Assembly: GCA_045540115.1 (NCBI GenBank)
Contig: JAZQGR010000096.1
Span: forward strand, 41,887-105,886
Source: Eubacteriales bacterium
GTDB taxonomy: Bacteria; Bacillota; Clostridia; Oscillospirales; CAG-272
Direction: 5' to 3'
Length of the DNA: 64,000 bases
Part shown: positions 1 to 8,686 of the stretch, in pieces
Numbering within the stretch: the stretch's first letter is position 1
Layout of the letters: each line of letters starts with the position of its first letter
The notes under the pieces: generated by a model
Seen by the model: the letters and a program-made list of their open reading frames with translations, nothing else
Told to the model about the DNA's origin: nothing
The model's database searches: none
Program-made: the position numbers and the translations under genes

Positions 1-1222
1 CGAATTTCGTGCGCAGCTCCTCAGAGCTCAGGGATCTGATATCTTGTCCGTCGATAAGAACGGTGCCGCTATTTGGATCATAAAAACGGAGAAGGAGCTG
101 GACAAGCGTCGATTTTCCGCTTCCCGTTGCACCGATTATGCCGAGTGTCTGACCTTTTTTGAGGGAAAAAGAAATATTATTCAGGTTTTTCTTTGTGCCG
201 TTATATGAGAAGGAAACGTCGCGAAATTCAATAAAATAATCGGATTCCTTATTATCTGCCTTAGGAATATAGCTTATATCAGGTTCGATATCGCAAATCT
301 CCGAAATTCTTCCCGCAGAAGCCGCGCCCTTTGAAAACATCGTGAAGATTCGTGTAATATTAAGCATAGCGTTAAGTATGATCGTAAAATACGACATAAA
401 CGCTATTATCATTCCGGGCTCTGCCTTACCGCCGTTTACTCTTATCGCACCGACAAGTATAACAGCTGCCATGCCTATATTGAGGAATGCATTCATAAGA
501 GGCGTAGTAAGCGATATCACATATCCTGATTTGAGCTCAGCTCTATTCAGGGCGGAGTTTCTCTCGTCGAATTTCTTGTTCTGGTGGTCAATTCGTGAAA
601 GCGCTTTGATGACTCGAATGCCCTGTGCGCTCTCTCTTACGGTGCCGACCATATCGTCGGTCTTTTCCTGAACTCTCTTAAAGAGTGGGATGCCCTTTTT
701 GGATACGATGACAACAGCAGCCGTAATAAAGGGAAGAACGCAAAGAAGAACGAGACAGAGCATAGGCTCCATCGCAAATGTGATTATTATTCCGCCAACC
801 AGCAGGATCGGAGCCCGAACACCGAGACGCTGAACCATACCGATAGTATGGTGAACGTTATACGTATCGGAGGTAAGCCTCGTTTCAAGTGTCGGAATGG
901 TTATTTCATCTATCTGCTTGGAGGACAGATAAGAAATTTTCTTGAAAAGATCGCTTCGTATTTCTCTTGTTGTATCGCGCGCGACTGCGCTTGCCATTCG
1001 GTTCGCCACAATGTTACTCACAAGTCCTACAAGTGCGCATAAAAGCATCAATCCTCCGAAGAGAATTACGGTTTTTATCTGCCCGGTTGGAACGACATTG
1101 TCAATAATGTGCTCAAGAATGTAAGGAATCAAAAGGTCAACGATCGTTCCTATTATTTTGATAGTAAGTCCTATCAGCATTATAGGATAGTGAGGGCGAA
1201 GATATTTCATTATGAATTTCAT
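1..1222 (-). CDS. ABC exporter, fused permease/ATP-binding protein (C-terminus lies beyond window edge)
   Basis: Absent from the ORF track because it is open at the window edge. Reverse translation from ATG at 1222 reads MKFIMKYLRPHYPIMLIGL..., a TM-rich exporter domain, then Walker A GIIGATGSGKSTL encoded around 95-145. Confidence 0.85.
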   Translation of the reverse strand, partial: MKFIMKYLRPHYPIMLIGLTIKIIGTIVDLLIPYILEHIIDNVVPTGQIKTVILFGGLMLLCALVGLVSNIVANRMASAVARDTTREIRSDLFKKISYLSSKQIDEITIPTLETRLTSDTYNVHHTIGMVQRLGVRAPILLVGGIIITFAMEPMLCLVLLCVLPFITAAVVIVSKKGIPLFKRVQEKTDDMVGTVRESAQGIRVIKALSRIDHQNKKFDERNSALNRAELKSGYVISLTTPLMNAFLNIGMAAVILVGAIRVNGGKAEPGMIIAFMSYFTIILNAMLNITRIFTMFSKGAASAGRISEICDIEPDISYIPKADNKESDYFIEFRDVSFSYNGTKKNLNNISFSLKKGQTLGIIGATGSGKSTLVQLLLRFYDPNSGTVLIDGQDIRSLSSEELRTKF

Positions 1223-1250
1223 CTTGTACCTCAAATAATAAATTAAATTT

Positions 1251-1279
1251 ATTATACTACATTTGGATTTTCGTGTCAA
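1251..1279 (-). promoter_or_regulatory. sigma-A-type promoter for the ABC exporter gene
   Basis: On the minus strand: TTGACA (1279-1274), 17-nt spacer, TATAAT (1256-1251). Confidence 0.55.
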
Positions 1280-1294
1280 CAAAAGTAAGTAATA

Positions 1295-1323
1295 TTGACA
1301 AATCTTCATGAATAAGTTAGAAT
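1295..1323 (+). promoter_or_regulatory. sigma-A-type promoter for birA
   Basis: TTGACA 1295-1300, 17-nt spacer, TAGAAT 1318-1323. Confidence 0.55.
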
Positions 1324-1347
1324 TGTATCGAATAGGAGGGCAAAGGC

Positions 1348-2091
1348 GTGAATGAAAACACATTAAACGGTAAGAAAATTCAGATATCGTATTACGATAC
1401 GCTTCCTTCAACGAACGCCCTTCTGAAAGAGGAGTGCAAAAAAGGCGCGCCGAATTATTATACTGTAATTGCCGATAGGCAGACAAGTGGCAGAGGTCGG
1501 CTTGGCAGGAGCTTCTTTTCAGACGTTGGGGGTCTTTATATGAGCTTTCTGCTAAGAAGCATCAATAATGTGGATGTTATCAGTGTAACCGCCACTGCCG
1601 GTGTTTCGACTGCAGAGGCCATTGAAGAGATCTACGGTGTGAAGTGCGGTATCAAGTGGGTAAACGATCTGATTTATAACGGCAGAAAGGTCTGCGGTAT
1701 CCTTGCCGAGGGCGTCATCTCCGAAAGCGGCGAGCTTGAAGGCATCGTAATAGGTATCGGCGTCAATATCTCCCCTCCGCAAAACGGCTTCCGTGATGAG
1801 ATCAAGGATATAGCCGGAGCTATATCCGACCGTTACGTTAAAGCGGAACGCGATGCTCTTGCAAGGGCAATTATTAAGCGATTTGACTCAAATATTTCCT
1901 CTGATTCACTGATAGATAAATACCGCTCAATGTCAAATGTAATCGGCAGAGAAATAAAGGTTATTTCTCCGAACGAGGTGTTTAACGCGAAAGCGATCGG
2001 AATTGACGAAAAATTTGGTCTTGTTGTAATTACAGAGGATAACGAAGAAATAACTCTCCGAAGCGGAGAGATCAGTATAAGAACAAAATAA
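1348..2091 (+). CDS. birA: biotin--[acetyl-CoA-carboxylase] ligase, class I (no N-terminal HTH)
   Basis: GTG start after a GGAGGG RBS. Biotin-ligase signature ADRQTSGRGRLGRSFFS. The catalytic domain starts at the N-terminus. Confidence 0.9.
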   Translation: MNENTLNGKKIQISYYDTLPSTNALLKEECKKGAPNYYTVIADRQTSGRGRLGRSFFSDVGGLYMSFLLRSINNVDVISVTATAGVSTAEAIEEIYGVKCGIKWVNDLIYNGRKVCGILAEGVISESGELEGIVIGIGVNISPPQNGFRDEIKDIAGAISDRYVKAERDALARAIIKRFDSNISSDSLIDKYRSMSNVIGREIKVISPNEVFNAKAIGIDEKFGLVVITEDNEEITLRSGEISIRTK

Positions 2092-2117
2092 CCGACGGTT
2101 TCCCGTCGGTTATTTTT
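2089..2117. terminator. bidirectional rho-independent terminator (birA / permease convergent pair)
   Basis: Stem TAACCGACGG / CCGTCGGTTA with loop TTTC, followed by TTTTT and preceded by an A-rich run. Confidence 0.8.
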
Positions 2118-3258
2118 ATATGAGTGAACAGAATATCATAAGTATTCCGAGGAAGGCGAAGTTGATCGCGGAGAACATAATGAAATACTTTTTTACGCCG
2201 CTCGGATCGACTGCCTGATACTGTCTGAAGGTGATGAGAGAAGCAAGGGAAGCGATGAGAGTTCCCGTTCCTCCAATGTTAACGCCAAGCAAAAGATCGC
2301 GGTAGTTCGTCGTAAATTCTGACAAGAGGATCGCCGACGGGACGTTACTTATCATCTGGCACGAGAGGGAGCTTACTATTAGAGTGTTCTTTTCCATAAG
2401 GGAGGAGAGCACGTCGCTTATTGCATCGATCCTTGCCATATTTCCCGCGAAAATAAAGAAGAAAACAAATGTAAAAAGAAGCCCGTAATCGACGTCCTTA
2501 AGCGCCTTTTTGTCAAGAATTATCATTGCGGCGGGTATAAGGATCAGTCCGATAACAAAGTGTATAAGACGAAAGACTATAAGCAAAGAAAAGGCAAAGA
2601 GAATAAGATAAAGTGCTGTTTTCTTTGCAGGAAGCTTAGTATCGTCAGCACAGTTAAGCTCAACCGTTTCATTTTTTACGAAAACGAAGACGGATAAGAG
2701 AATGAGTGCGATTGAGAGAAGGAACGGCGGGAGCATTATCAGAGTAAACTCGCCTGTCGGAATATTGAATTTATTGTAAAGGAACAGGTTCTGAGGATTT
2801 CCGAAGGGAGTAACCATACCGCCGAGGTTCGCGGCAATATTTTGCATAATGAACGTGTAGCAGAGATACTTCTTGTTACCCGTTTCGTTAAGCGCTATGT
2901 ATCCGAGAGGGAGAAACGTGATAAGCGCCATGTTGTTTGCTATCAGCATAGAACCTATAAAGGTTATCATAAGGAGTGAAATAACCGTTTTTCTCGTAGT
3001 TCCTGAAAGAGAAACGAGCTTTCTTGCAACGACGGTAAAGAATCTGATGTTTCGCAGGCCGCAGATCACTGCAAGCGTGCAGAACAGGCAGGTCAGAGTT
3101 CTGAGGTCAAGGTAGGAAAGATACTTTTCGTCAGGTGGTACGATAACCGAAGAAGCAAGAGCCGCGCAAAAAGCGACGATAAGAACAACGTTCTGTCTGA
3201 AGAAATATGAAATTTTATGAATGTCTAATCTTCTTTTCAGAGGCTTGTGAACGATCAT
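2116..3258 (-). CDS. ion-transporter superfamily anion permease (ArsB/NhaD/CitMHS-like)
   Basis: 380 aa and highly hydrophobic with many TM segments. GNPQN motif typical of this permease superfamily. TTGAAG-17-TATAAT promoter upstream on the minus strand. Confidence 0.6.
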   Translation of the reverse strand: MIVHKPLKRRLDIHKISYFFRQNVVLIVAFCAALASSVIVPPDEKYLSYLDLRTLTCLFCTLAVICGLRNIRFFTVVARKLVSLSGTTRKTVISLLMITFIGSMLIANNMALITFLPLGYIALNETGNKKYLCYTFIMQNIAANLGGMVTPFGNPQNLFLYNKFNIPTGEFTLIMLPPFLLSIALILLSVFVFVKNETVELNCADDTKLPAKKTALYLILFAFSLLIVFRLIHFVIGLILIPAAMIILDKKALKDVDYGLLFTFVFFFIFAGNMARIDAISDVLSSLMEKNTLIVSSLSCQMISNVPSAILLSEFTTNYRDLLLGVNIGGTGTLIASLASLITFRQYQAVDPSGVKKYFIMFSAINFAFLGILMIFCSLI

Positions 3259-3407
3259 ATAATTACTCCTTTTTAATCCTCGAAAATTATAGCAAAATGA
3301 AAGGCATTCTTCAAGCGCAAAAACCTACAATTATTCTTACGTTTAATATTGATTTTTACGGCAAAAAGTGGTATAATCTACGTTAATAACACAACAAGGT
3401 GAAGATT

Positions 3408-4907
3408 ATGATAAATGAAGCAATAACACAACTTATTAACTATGCTGTCAAGAACGGAATTATCGAAAATGAGGATCGCTCCTATGCGACGAACAGAGTG
3501 CTCGAAGTCCTCGCTCTTGACGGCTATGAGCCGAGTGAAAATGCGCCCGAGAAGGAAATTCACGAAATACTTTCCGTAATGTGCGATTACGCGGTTGCAA
3601 AGGGTATGATCGAGGACGGTGTCGTTTTCCGCGATCTTTTTGATACCAAGATCATGGGCTCTATTATGCCTCGCCCTTCCGAGGTCATCTCAAAATTTAA
3701 CAGCCTGTATGAAGGCTCTCCTAAGGCTGCGACCGATTGGTATTACAAATTAAGCTGTGACAGTAACTATATCCGTCGCGACAGGATCAGAAAAGACAGA
3801 CGCTGGAAGCTCGATACCGATTTCGGTACCATGGACATCACGATAAACCTTTCTAAGCCTGAGAAGGATCCTAAGGCGATGGCGGCTGCAAGAAACATGA
3901 AGCAGACAGGGATCGTTTATCCCAAGTGCGCTCTTTGCAAGGAAAATGAAGGCTATGCCGGACGCCTTAACGCGCCTGCAAGACAGAATCACAGAATAAT
4001 TCCGGTGACTATCAACGATTCGCCCTGGATGTTCCAGTATTCTCCCTACGTATATTACAACGAGCACTGTATCGTTTTTAATTCCGAGCATACCCCTATG
4101 GCGATAAACAAGGCGACCTTCAGAAAGCTTCTCGATTTCGTCATTCAGTTCCCTCACTATTTTGTCGGATCTAACGCGGATCTTCCTATTGTTGGCGGCT
4201 CAATTCTTACTCATGACCATTTCCAAGGCGGTAATTATACCTTTGCTATGGCAGTCGCTCCCATAGAAAAGGAGATCACCATTAACGGCTTCTCCGACGT
4301 TAAGGCGGGAATCGTTAAATGGCCGCTCAGCGTTATCCGTATTTCGAGCGAAAATCCCGACCGTCTTGTCGAGCTTGGCGGTGTAATACTCGATAAATGG
4401 ATAGGATATTCCGATGAGGACGCCTATATTTTCGCATATACAGACGGAGAGCGGCACAACACGATAACTCCCATTGCTCGCAAGAATGGCGACAAGTACG
4501 AGCTTGACCTTGTTCTTCGCAATAATATCACGATGTCCGAACGTCCTCTCGGCGTATATCATCCGCGCCCTGAGTATCATCACATCAAGAAGGAAAATAT
4601 TGGACTTATCGAAGTCATGGGACTTGCCGTTCTTCCCGCGCGTCTCAAAAATGAGCTTGCTGAGCTTGGTGATGCAATAATTCGCGGTGTCGACCTCAAT
4701 TCGACCGAAACGCTTGCAAGCCACGCCGAATGGGCAAAGCAGGTAATAAGTAATCATCCTGAACTTACCAAAGACAACGTTTCAAGTATTCTTGAGTATG
4801 AAACCGGCAAAGTATTCGAAGGTTGCCTTATTGATGCAGGTGTATATAAATGCACACCCGAGGGCAGAGAAGCGTTTGAAAGATTTATCGGTTTTGTAAA
4901 TGAATAA
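3408..4907 (+). CDS. galT: UDP-glucose--hexose-1-phosphate uridylyltransferase (type 2 GalT)
   Basis: About 500-aa Firmicute-type GalT with the HxH motif ILTHDHFQGG. ATG 3408 preferred because it follows an AAGGTGA RBS; the ORF track starts at GTG 3399. Confidence 0.9.
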   Translation: MINEAITQLINYAVKNGIIENEDRSYATNRVLEVLALDGYEPSENAPEKEIHEILSVMCDYAVAKGMIEDGVVFRDLFDTKIMGSIMPRPSEVISKFNSLYEGSPKAATDWYYKLSCDSNYIRRDRIRKDRRWKLDTDFGTMDITINLSKPEKDPKAMAAARNMKQTGIVYPKCALCKENEGYAGRLNAPARQNHRIIPVTINDSPWMFQYSPYVYYNEHCIVFNSEHTPMAINKATFRKLLDFVIQFPHYFVGSNADLPIVGGSILTHDHFQGGNYTFAMAVAPIEKEITINGFSDVKAGIVKWPLSVIRISSENPDRLVELGGVILDKWIGYSDEDAYIFAYTDGERHNTITPIARKNGDKYELDLVLRNNITMSERPLGVYHPRPEYHHIKKENIGLIEVMGLAVLPARLKNELAELGDAIIRGVDLNSTETLASHAEWAKQVISNHPELTKDNVSSILEYETGKVFEGCLIDAGVYKCTPEGREAFERFIGFVNE

Positions 4908-4910
4908 TTT

Positions 4911-4939
4911 AAAACAACGCTCCTCGGAGCGTTGTTTTT
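4911..4939 (+). terminator. rho-independent terminator after galT
   Basis: AAAACAACGCTCC / GGAGCGTTGTTTT hairpin with a T-run. Confidence 0.8.
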
Positions 4940-5050
4940 GTTAGTAAATCGTTGACAAATCGTTAAAAAATTATTGACATACAGTTTTATCTGTGATATA
5001 ATTTCTGCAGTTACCTTTTACAGTAAATCAAATTTTATGGAGGACACATT

Positions 5051-5854
5051 ATGTTCTGTAACAAATGCGGAAAAGAACTTTCCGATAACGCTACCTTCTG
5101 CTCCGGTTGCGGAAATCAGGTAGGTGCGGCTCCCGCAGCAGCTCCCGCTGCAGCAAATTCTTCGCTTCCCCCCATCCTTTCTCGTCTTATCAGCCAGATC
5201 ACAAACTTCTTCACCAAGAAGGATCCTGTTGGCGTAGTTGCTAACTCAGCTAAGGACAATAGCTTCTCCGGTGTTATCCTCGCTATCTTCGGCATGCTTA
5301 TGTTTGCTGTCGGCGCGATGGTTAACGTTAATCAGGGTATGCGTTCCTACTATAAGGCTGTTTATGATGATATGTGGTCTAACAAGATCGCAGAGCAAGT
5401 TGCTAAGAGATTCCCGACCGGAACCTCCTTCGGCATGTTCCTTCTTCTTGCAGTCGTAGTATTCGTAGTTGCTTCCGCAATGGTATACGTTGCTACTACC
5501 AAGGTTGCTAAGAAGCAGATCAGCCTTAGCGGCGCTATGAACGTTGTTGCTTACGCGTCCATTCCCGTAATCGCAGTTTCTGTTCTTAACATGCTTCTCG
5601 GTCTTATCTGGTATCCGCTTCCCATTATCTTTATGCTCGTAGCTCTTTGTGCTACCGTTGCTATTATCGGTGCTTCCATCGATAAGGTTTCCGAAAGCGA
5701 AAAGCCTCTTACCGTAAAGCTTCTCGTATTCGCTGTTACTGCTGTTGTAGCTCTTATCTTCCTCTGGATTGCTCTTAAGAGCATTAATAACCTCAAGGAT
5801 AAGGAAGGCGCTATCTCCGCACTTATCAACAACTTCCTTGTTGACATCGACTAA
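5051..5854 (+). CDS. zinc-ribbon domain membrane protein, unknown function
   Basis: GGAGG RBS. N-terminal CNKCG...CSGCG zinc ribbon, an Ala/Pro-rich linker (AAPAAAPAAA), then about 5 hydrophobic helices. Confidence 0.6.
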   Translation: MFCNKCGKELSDNATFCSGCGNQVGAAPAAAPAAANSSLPPILSRLISQITNFFTKKDPVGVVANSAKDNSFSGVILAIFGMLMFAVGAMVNVNQGMRSYYKAVYDDMWSNKIAEQVAKRFPTGTSFGMFLLLAVVVFVVASAMVYVATTKVAKKQISLSGAMNVVAYASIPVIAVSVLNMLLGLIWYPLPIIFMLVALCATVAIIGASIDKVSESEKPLTVKLLVFAVTAVVALIFLWIALKSINNLKDKEGAISALINNFLVDID

Positions 5855-5863
5855 GAATAACAT

Positions 5864-5895
5864 AAAAAGCAGTCGCGATAAGCGACTGCTTTTTT
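5864..5895. terminator. bidirectional terminator (zinc-ribbon gene / spoVAE convergent)
   Basis: GCAGTCGC / GCGACTGC stem flanked by an A-run and a T-run. Confidence 0.8.
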
Positions 5896-6263
5896 CATTT
5901 CGGCTTGCTTTTAAATAACAATGAGATCGTAATTCCCATAAATATAGCGGCAGTGATTCCGCCTGCTGCACCCGTTAATCCACCTGTCAGCGCGCCTATT
6001 AAGCCGTCTTTGTCGACGGCTTCTTTAACGCCCTCCGCAAGACAATAACCGAAGCCGGTCAGCGGGGTCGTTGCTCCGTTCCCCGCAAATTTTACAAGTG
6101 GTCCGTACAAGCCGACGCCTGTTAAAATAACTCCGATAACGACATATGAAACAAGGATTCGAGCAGGTGTAAGCTTTGTTTTGTCAATGAGGATCTGTGC
6201 GATCGCAGAAAATATTCCGCCAACAAGAAACGCGATAAGAAGCCGTCCTTCTACTGTGTTCAT
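5895..6263 (-). CDS. spoVAE: stage V sporulation protein AE (SpoVAEB-type, SpoVAC/SpoVAEB family)
   Basis: Small Gly-rich membrane protein (LTPARILVSYVVIGVILTGVGLYGPLVKFAGNGATTPLTGFG). ATG 6263 overlaps the spoVAD stop in an ATGA junction; the ORF track starts 2 codons earlier. Confidence 0.85.
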   Translation of the reverse strand: MNTVEGRLLIAFLVGGIFSAIAQILIDKTKLTPARILVSYVVIGVILTGVGLYGPLVKFAGNGATTPLTGFGYCLAEGVKEAVDKDGLIGALTGGLTGAAGGITAAIFMGITISLLFKSKPK

Positions 6264-7267
6264 AGGCATTTCTCCTTCGTGATTCTGACAAGATGAGCTA
6301 TTCCCGGGATCGTTTTCCCCTGTAAAACTGCCATTGGTGACATAAGCGCGCCTGTTGCAATATAAAGGATATCGTTTATTTCGCCATTCTCAAGCTTCGG
6401 CAAAATATATGCAGATAATACAGATGCCGAACAGCCGCACCCCGAGCCGCCTGCGTGGACGTCCTGTCTTTCTCTGTCATATATCAGCAGTCCGCAGTCA
6501 TAGTAATTCCTCGTCATGTCATACCCGTATTCTGCCATTTTTTCGGTTACGATCGAATGTCCCTCAAAGCCAAGATCACCTGTAAAGATCGCGTCAAAAT
6601 CTTCAGGCATCATTCCTGACTCGTTAAAATATCGCTTGAGTGTGTCAATTGCGGCAGGAGCCATTGCGGCGCCCATGTTTGCCGCATCGCTGATCCCTTC
6701 ATCGCGAATAATGCCGGGAAGCACTTCTGTTATATATGCTCCGTCACCCTCGCCAAGTATAAATGCGCCCGAGCCTGTTACGGTCCATTGTGCCGTCGGC
6801 GGCCGCTGACCACCGTACTCGACGGGGTAACGGAATTGACGCTCGGATGAGCAATTATGTGATGAGGTAACAACCGCCGCGGTTTTGGGCGAGCTCGACG
6901 AGTTCAGAAATAGTGTTGCAAGTATCAGTCCCTCGGCAGACGTTGAGCAGGCTCCGTATAAACCGAAGAAGGGAACACCTGCGTCACTTAATCCGTAACT
7001 CGAGCTTGAGCATTGATTTATAAGATCGCCCGCAAAAAGCCCGTCAAGACTATTTGGATCGGTTTTTGATTTTTTCAGCGCGAGATTTAGCGCAACGTGT
7101 TGCATTTCGCTTTCTGCAAGCTCCCATGTTATCTGTCCGAATCTGTCGCTCTCATCGTGATAATCGAAATATCTGCCAAGCGGACCTTGATGTTCCTTGT
7201 TTCCTACTACGCTTGCGTGACCAATAATGCTTGGGCTTTTTCTTGTGCGAATAATTCCTTTGCGCAT
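6260..7267 (-). CDS. spoVAD: stage V sporulation protein AD (thiolase/KAS-III-like fold)
   Basis: MRKGIIRTRKSPSIIGHASVVGNKEHQGPLGRYFDY... matches the typical SpoVAD N-terminus. ATG 7267 follows an AGGAG RBS; the ORF-track extension to 7315 has no RBS. Confidence 0.9.
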   Translation of the reverse strand: MRKGIIRTRKSPSIIGHASVVGNKEHQGPLGRYFDYHDESDRFGQITWELAESEMQHVALNLALKKSKTDPNSLDGLFAGDLINQCSSSSYGLSDAGVPFFGLYGACSTSAEGLILATLFLNSSSSPKTAAVVTSSHNCSSERQFRYPVEYGGQRPPTAQWTVTGSGAFILGEGDGAYITEVLPGIIRDEGISDAANMGAAMAPAAIDTLKRYFNESGMMPEDFDAIFTGDLGFEGHSIVTEKMAEYGYDMTRNYYDCGLLIYDRERQDVHAGGSGCGCSASVLSAYILPKLENGEINDILYIATGALMSPMAVLQGKTIPGIAHLVRITKEKCL

Positions 7268-7292
7268 ACCGTATCTCCTGAAACTTTTTAAA

Positions 7293-7321
7293 TAATATTT
7301 CCGAAAAATGCACAATTATGC
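7293..7321 (-). promoter_or_regulatory. candidate forespore (sigma-F/sigma-G type) promoter of spoVAD-spoVAE
   Basis: On the minus strand: GCATA (7321-7317), 14-nt spacer, GGAAATATTA (7302-7293). Resembles the GCATR-N15-GGnRAnAnTW pattern by eye only. Confidence 0.35.
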
Positions 7322-7351
7322 AAAAAAACAAGGACCGGAGTCCTTGTTTTC
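7321..7351 (-). terminator. rho-independent terminator of the GH109-like gene
   Basis: ACAAGGAC / GTCCTTGT stem. The minus-strand transcript is followed by a U-run (fwd CAAAAAAA). Confidence 0.75.
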
Positions 7352-7365
7352 GTTTTATAATTAAA

Positions 7366-8562
7366 TTAAAGGAGCCACTTACCTCTTGTGAAGTCGGGAA
7401 CAGCAACGGGAGCTGAACCGGTTGCGATAGACTGCTCCGAGAGAGCTGTGATCGACATCCAGGTAGCCGCATCGTAAACGTTAACTGGCATTTCCTTGCC
7501 GTCGCGGAGGCAATCGAAGAAGGTGTTGAACTCGAGCCAGTCCATACCGTCGTGTCCGCCCTGAACTCCCTCGGTAAGATACTTCTTCCAGACAGGGTGC
7601 TCGTATTCATCGGTGTATTCCTTAGCGTTACCGTTGCAATCGGACTTCCATCTCCACTCGCGGTCGATATCTTCCTTTCTGTCAAGGAATACGGAGTCAG
7701 TGCATTCCTCGTACATACCCTTGGTTCCGCGTACGGTAAATCCGCGGCTGTAATAACGGGGAAGAGTTGTGTCAAGAGTAAGAACGATCGTCTCGCCATG
7801 CGCGCACTTGAGGACGGTAGTAACAACGTCTCCTTGCTGGAAGGTAGCGTTCATGAGAGCCTCGTCGTCGCTCTTGTTATCGGCAATATACTGCTTAAGA
7901 CCGGCTGCTTTCGAGGAGGTAGAGGTAAGAGATACGATTCGGTTGCCCTCGTTGATCTTGAGAACCTTTGCGATCGGTCCGAGCTCGTGAGTCGGGTAAT
8001 TTTCGCAGTTACGGTTGAGGTAATTGCGAAGACGGTAGTGACGGTTGTCAAAGCCGAATGCAACTTCGTTGCGAAGATCGTGAGCATAGCAGCCGGAGCA
8101 ATGTACGATCTCGCCGAGAAGTCCCTTCTCAACCATATTAAGAACCATCATTTCGCGTCTGCCGAAGCAGCAGTTTTCAAGGAACATAAAGGGAGTGCCT
8201 GTCTGCTCCTGAGTTTCAACGAGCTTCCAGCAGTCCTTGATCGAATATGCGCCGCCAACCTCAAGAGCGGTAGGCTTGCCTGCATTCATTGCATAAACTG
8301 CAGGATCAATATGACCTTCCCAAGCGGTAAGAACAAGAACGACCTCGACGTTTTCATCATCGATGAGCTGCTTCCAGTCGGTATAGGTTGCGGGACGCGT
8401 GCCGTGTCTCTTTTCGACCTCAGCGGCGCCTCTTTCGACTCTGTCCTCATAGAGGTCACATACAGCAGTGACGGTTACGTCGTGACAGTCAAGGATTACG
8501 CCCTTAAGAAGGCTGAATCCTCTGTTTCCAAGGCCAATTACACCAACGCGAATGTTTTTCAT
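7366..8562 (-). CDS. Gfo/Idh/MocA-fold NAD-dependent glycosidase, GH109-like (alpha-N-acetylgalactosaminidase family)
   Basis: N-terminal Rossmann motif VGVIGLGNRG. Blocks FLENCCFGRREMMVLNMV, ENYPTHELGPIAK, QGDVVTTVLKCAHGETIVLTLDT, YEHPVWKKY, GGHDGMD and VPDFTRGKW match my memory of GH109 enzymes. No signal peptide. Confidence 0.8.
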   Translation of the reverse strand: MKNIRVGVIGLGNRGFSLLKGVILDCHDVTVTAVCDLYEDRVERGAAEVEKRHGTRPATYTDWKQLIDDENVEVVLVLTAWEGHIDPAVYAMNAGKPTALEVGGAYSIKDCWKLVETQEQTGTPFMFLENCCFGRREMMVLNMVEKGLLGEIVHCSGCYAHDLRNEVAFGFDNRHYRLRNYLNRNCENYPTHELGPIAKVLKINEGNRIVSLTSTSSKAAGLKQYIADNKSDDEALMNATFQQGDVVTTVLKCAHGETIVLTLDTTLPRYYSRGFTVRGTKGMYEECTDSVFLDRKEDIDREWRWKSDCNGNAKEYTDEYEHPVWKKYLTEGVQGGHDGMDWLEFNTFFDCLRDGKEMPVNVYDAATWMSITALSEQSIATGSAPVAVPDFTRGKWLL

Positions 8563-8686
8563 GGTAAATTCCTCCGAAAGTATTTACAAATTTGAAAATA
8601 TATGCTAAAACTATAATACAATATCTTTTTTAAAATGTAAATGTAATTTAAGACACAAAATGTATAAATTCGGTCATGGAGTTGCT

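Noticed and set aside
5120-5165. Ala/Pro low-complexity stretch (GAAPAAAPAAANSS) that looked like a nucleotide tandem repeat.
   Set aside because: It is only a short imperfect GCNCCC/GCAGCA run encoding a linker between the zinc ribbon and the membrane domain. It is not a repeat array.
5246-5971. 241-aa minus-strand ORF antisense to the zinc-ribbon membrane gene and overlapping spoVAE.
   Set aside because: It is codon-aligned to the plus-strand gene, crosses a strong bidirectional terminator, and overlaps spoVAE in a different frame.
7552-8595. 347-aa plus-strand ORF antisense to the GH109-like gene.
   Set aside because: It is a codon-aligned shadow frame of a codon-biased gene. It has no RBS and no recognisable domain, and it ends in the divergent promoter region.
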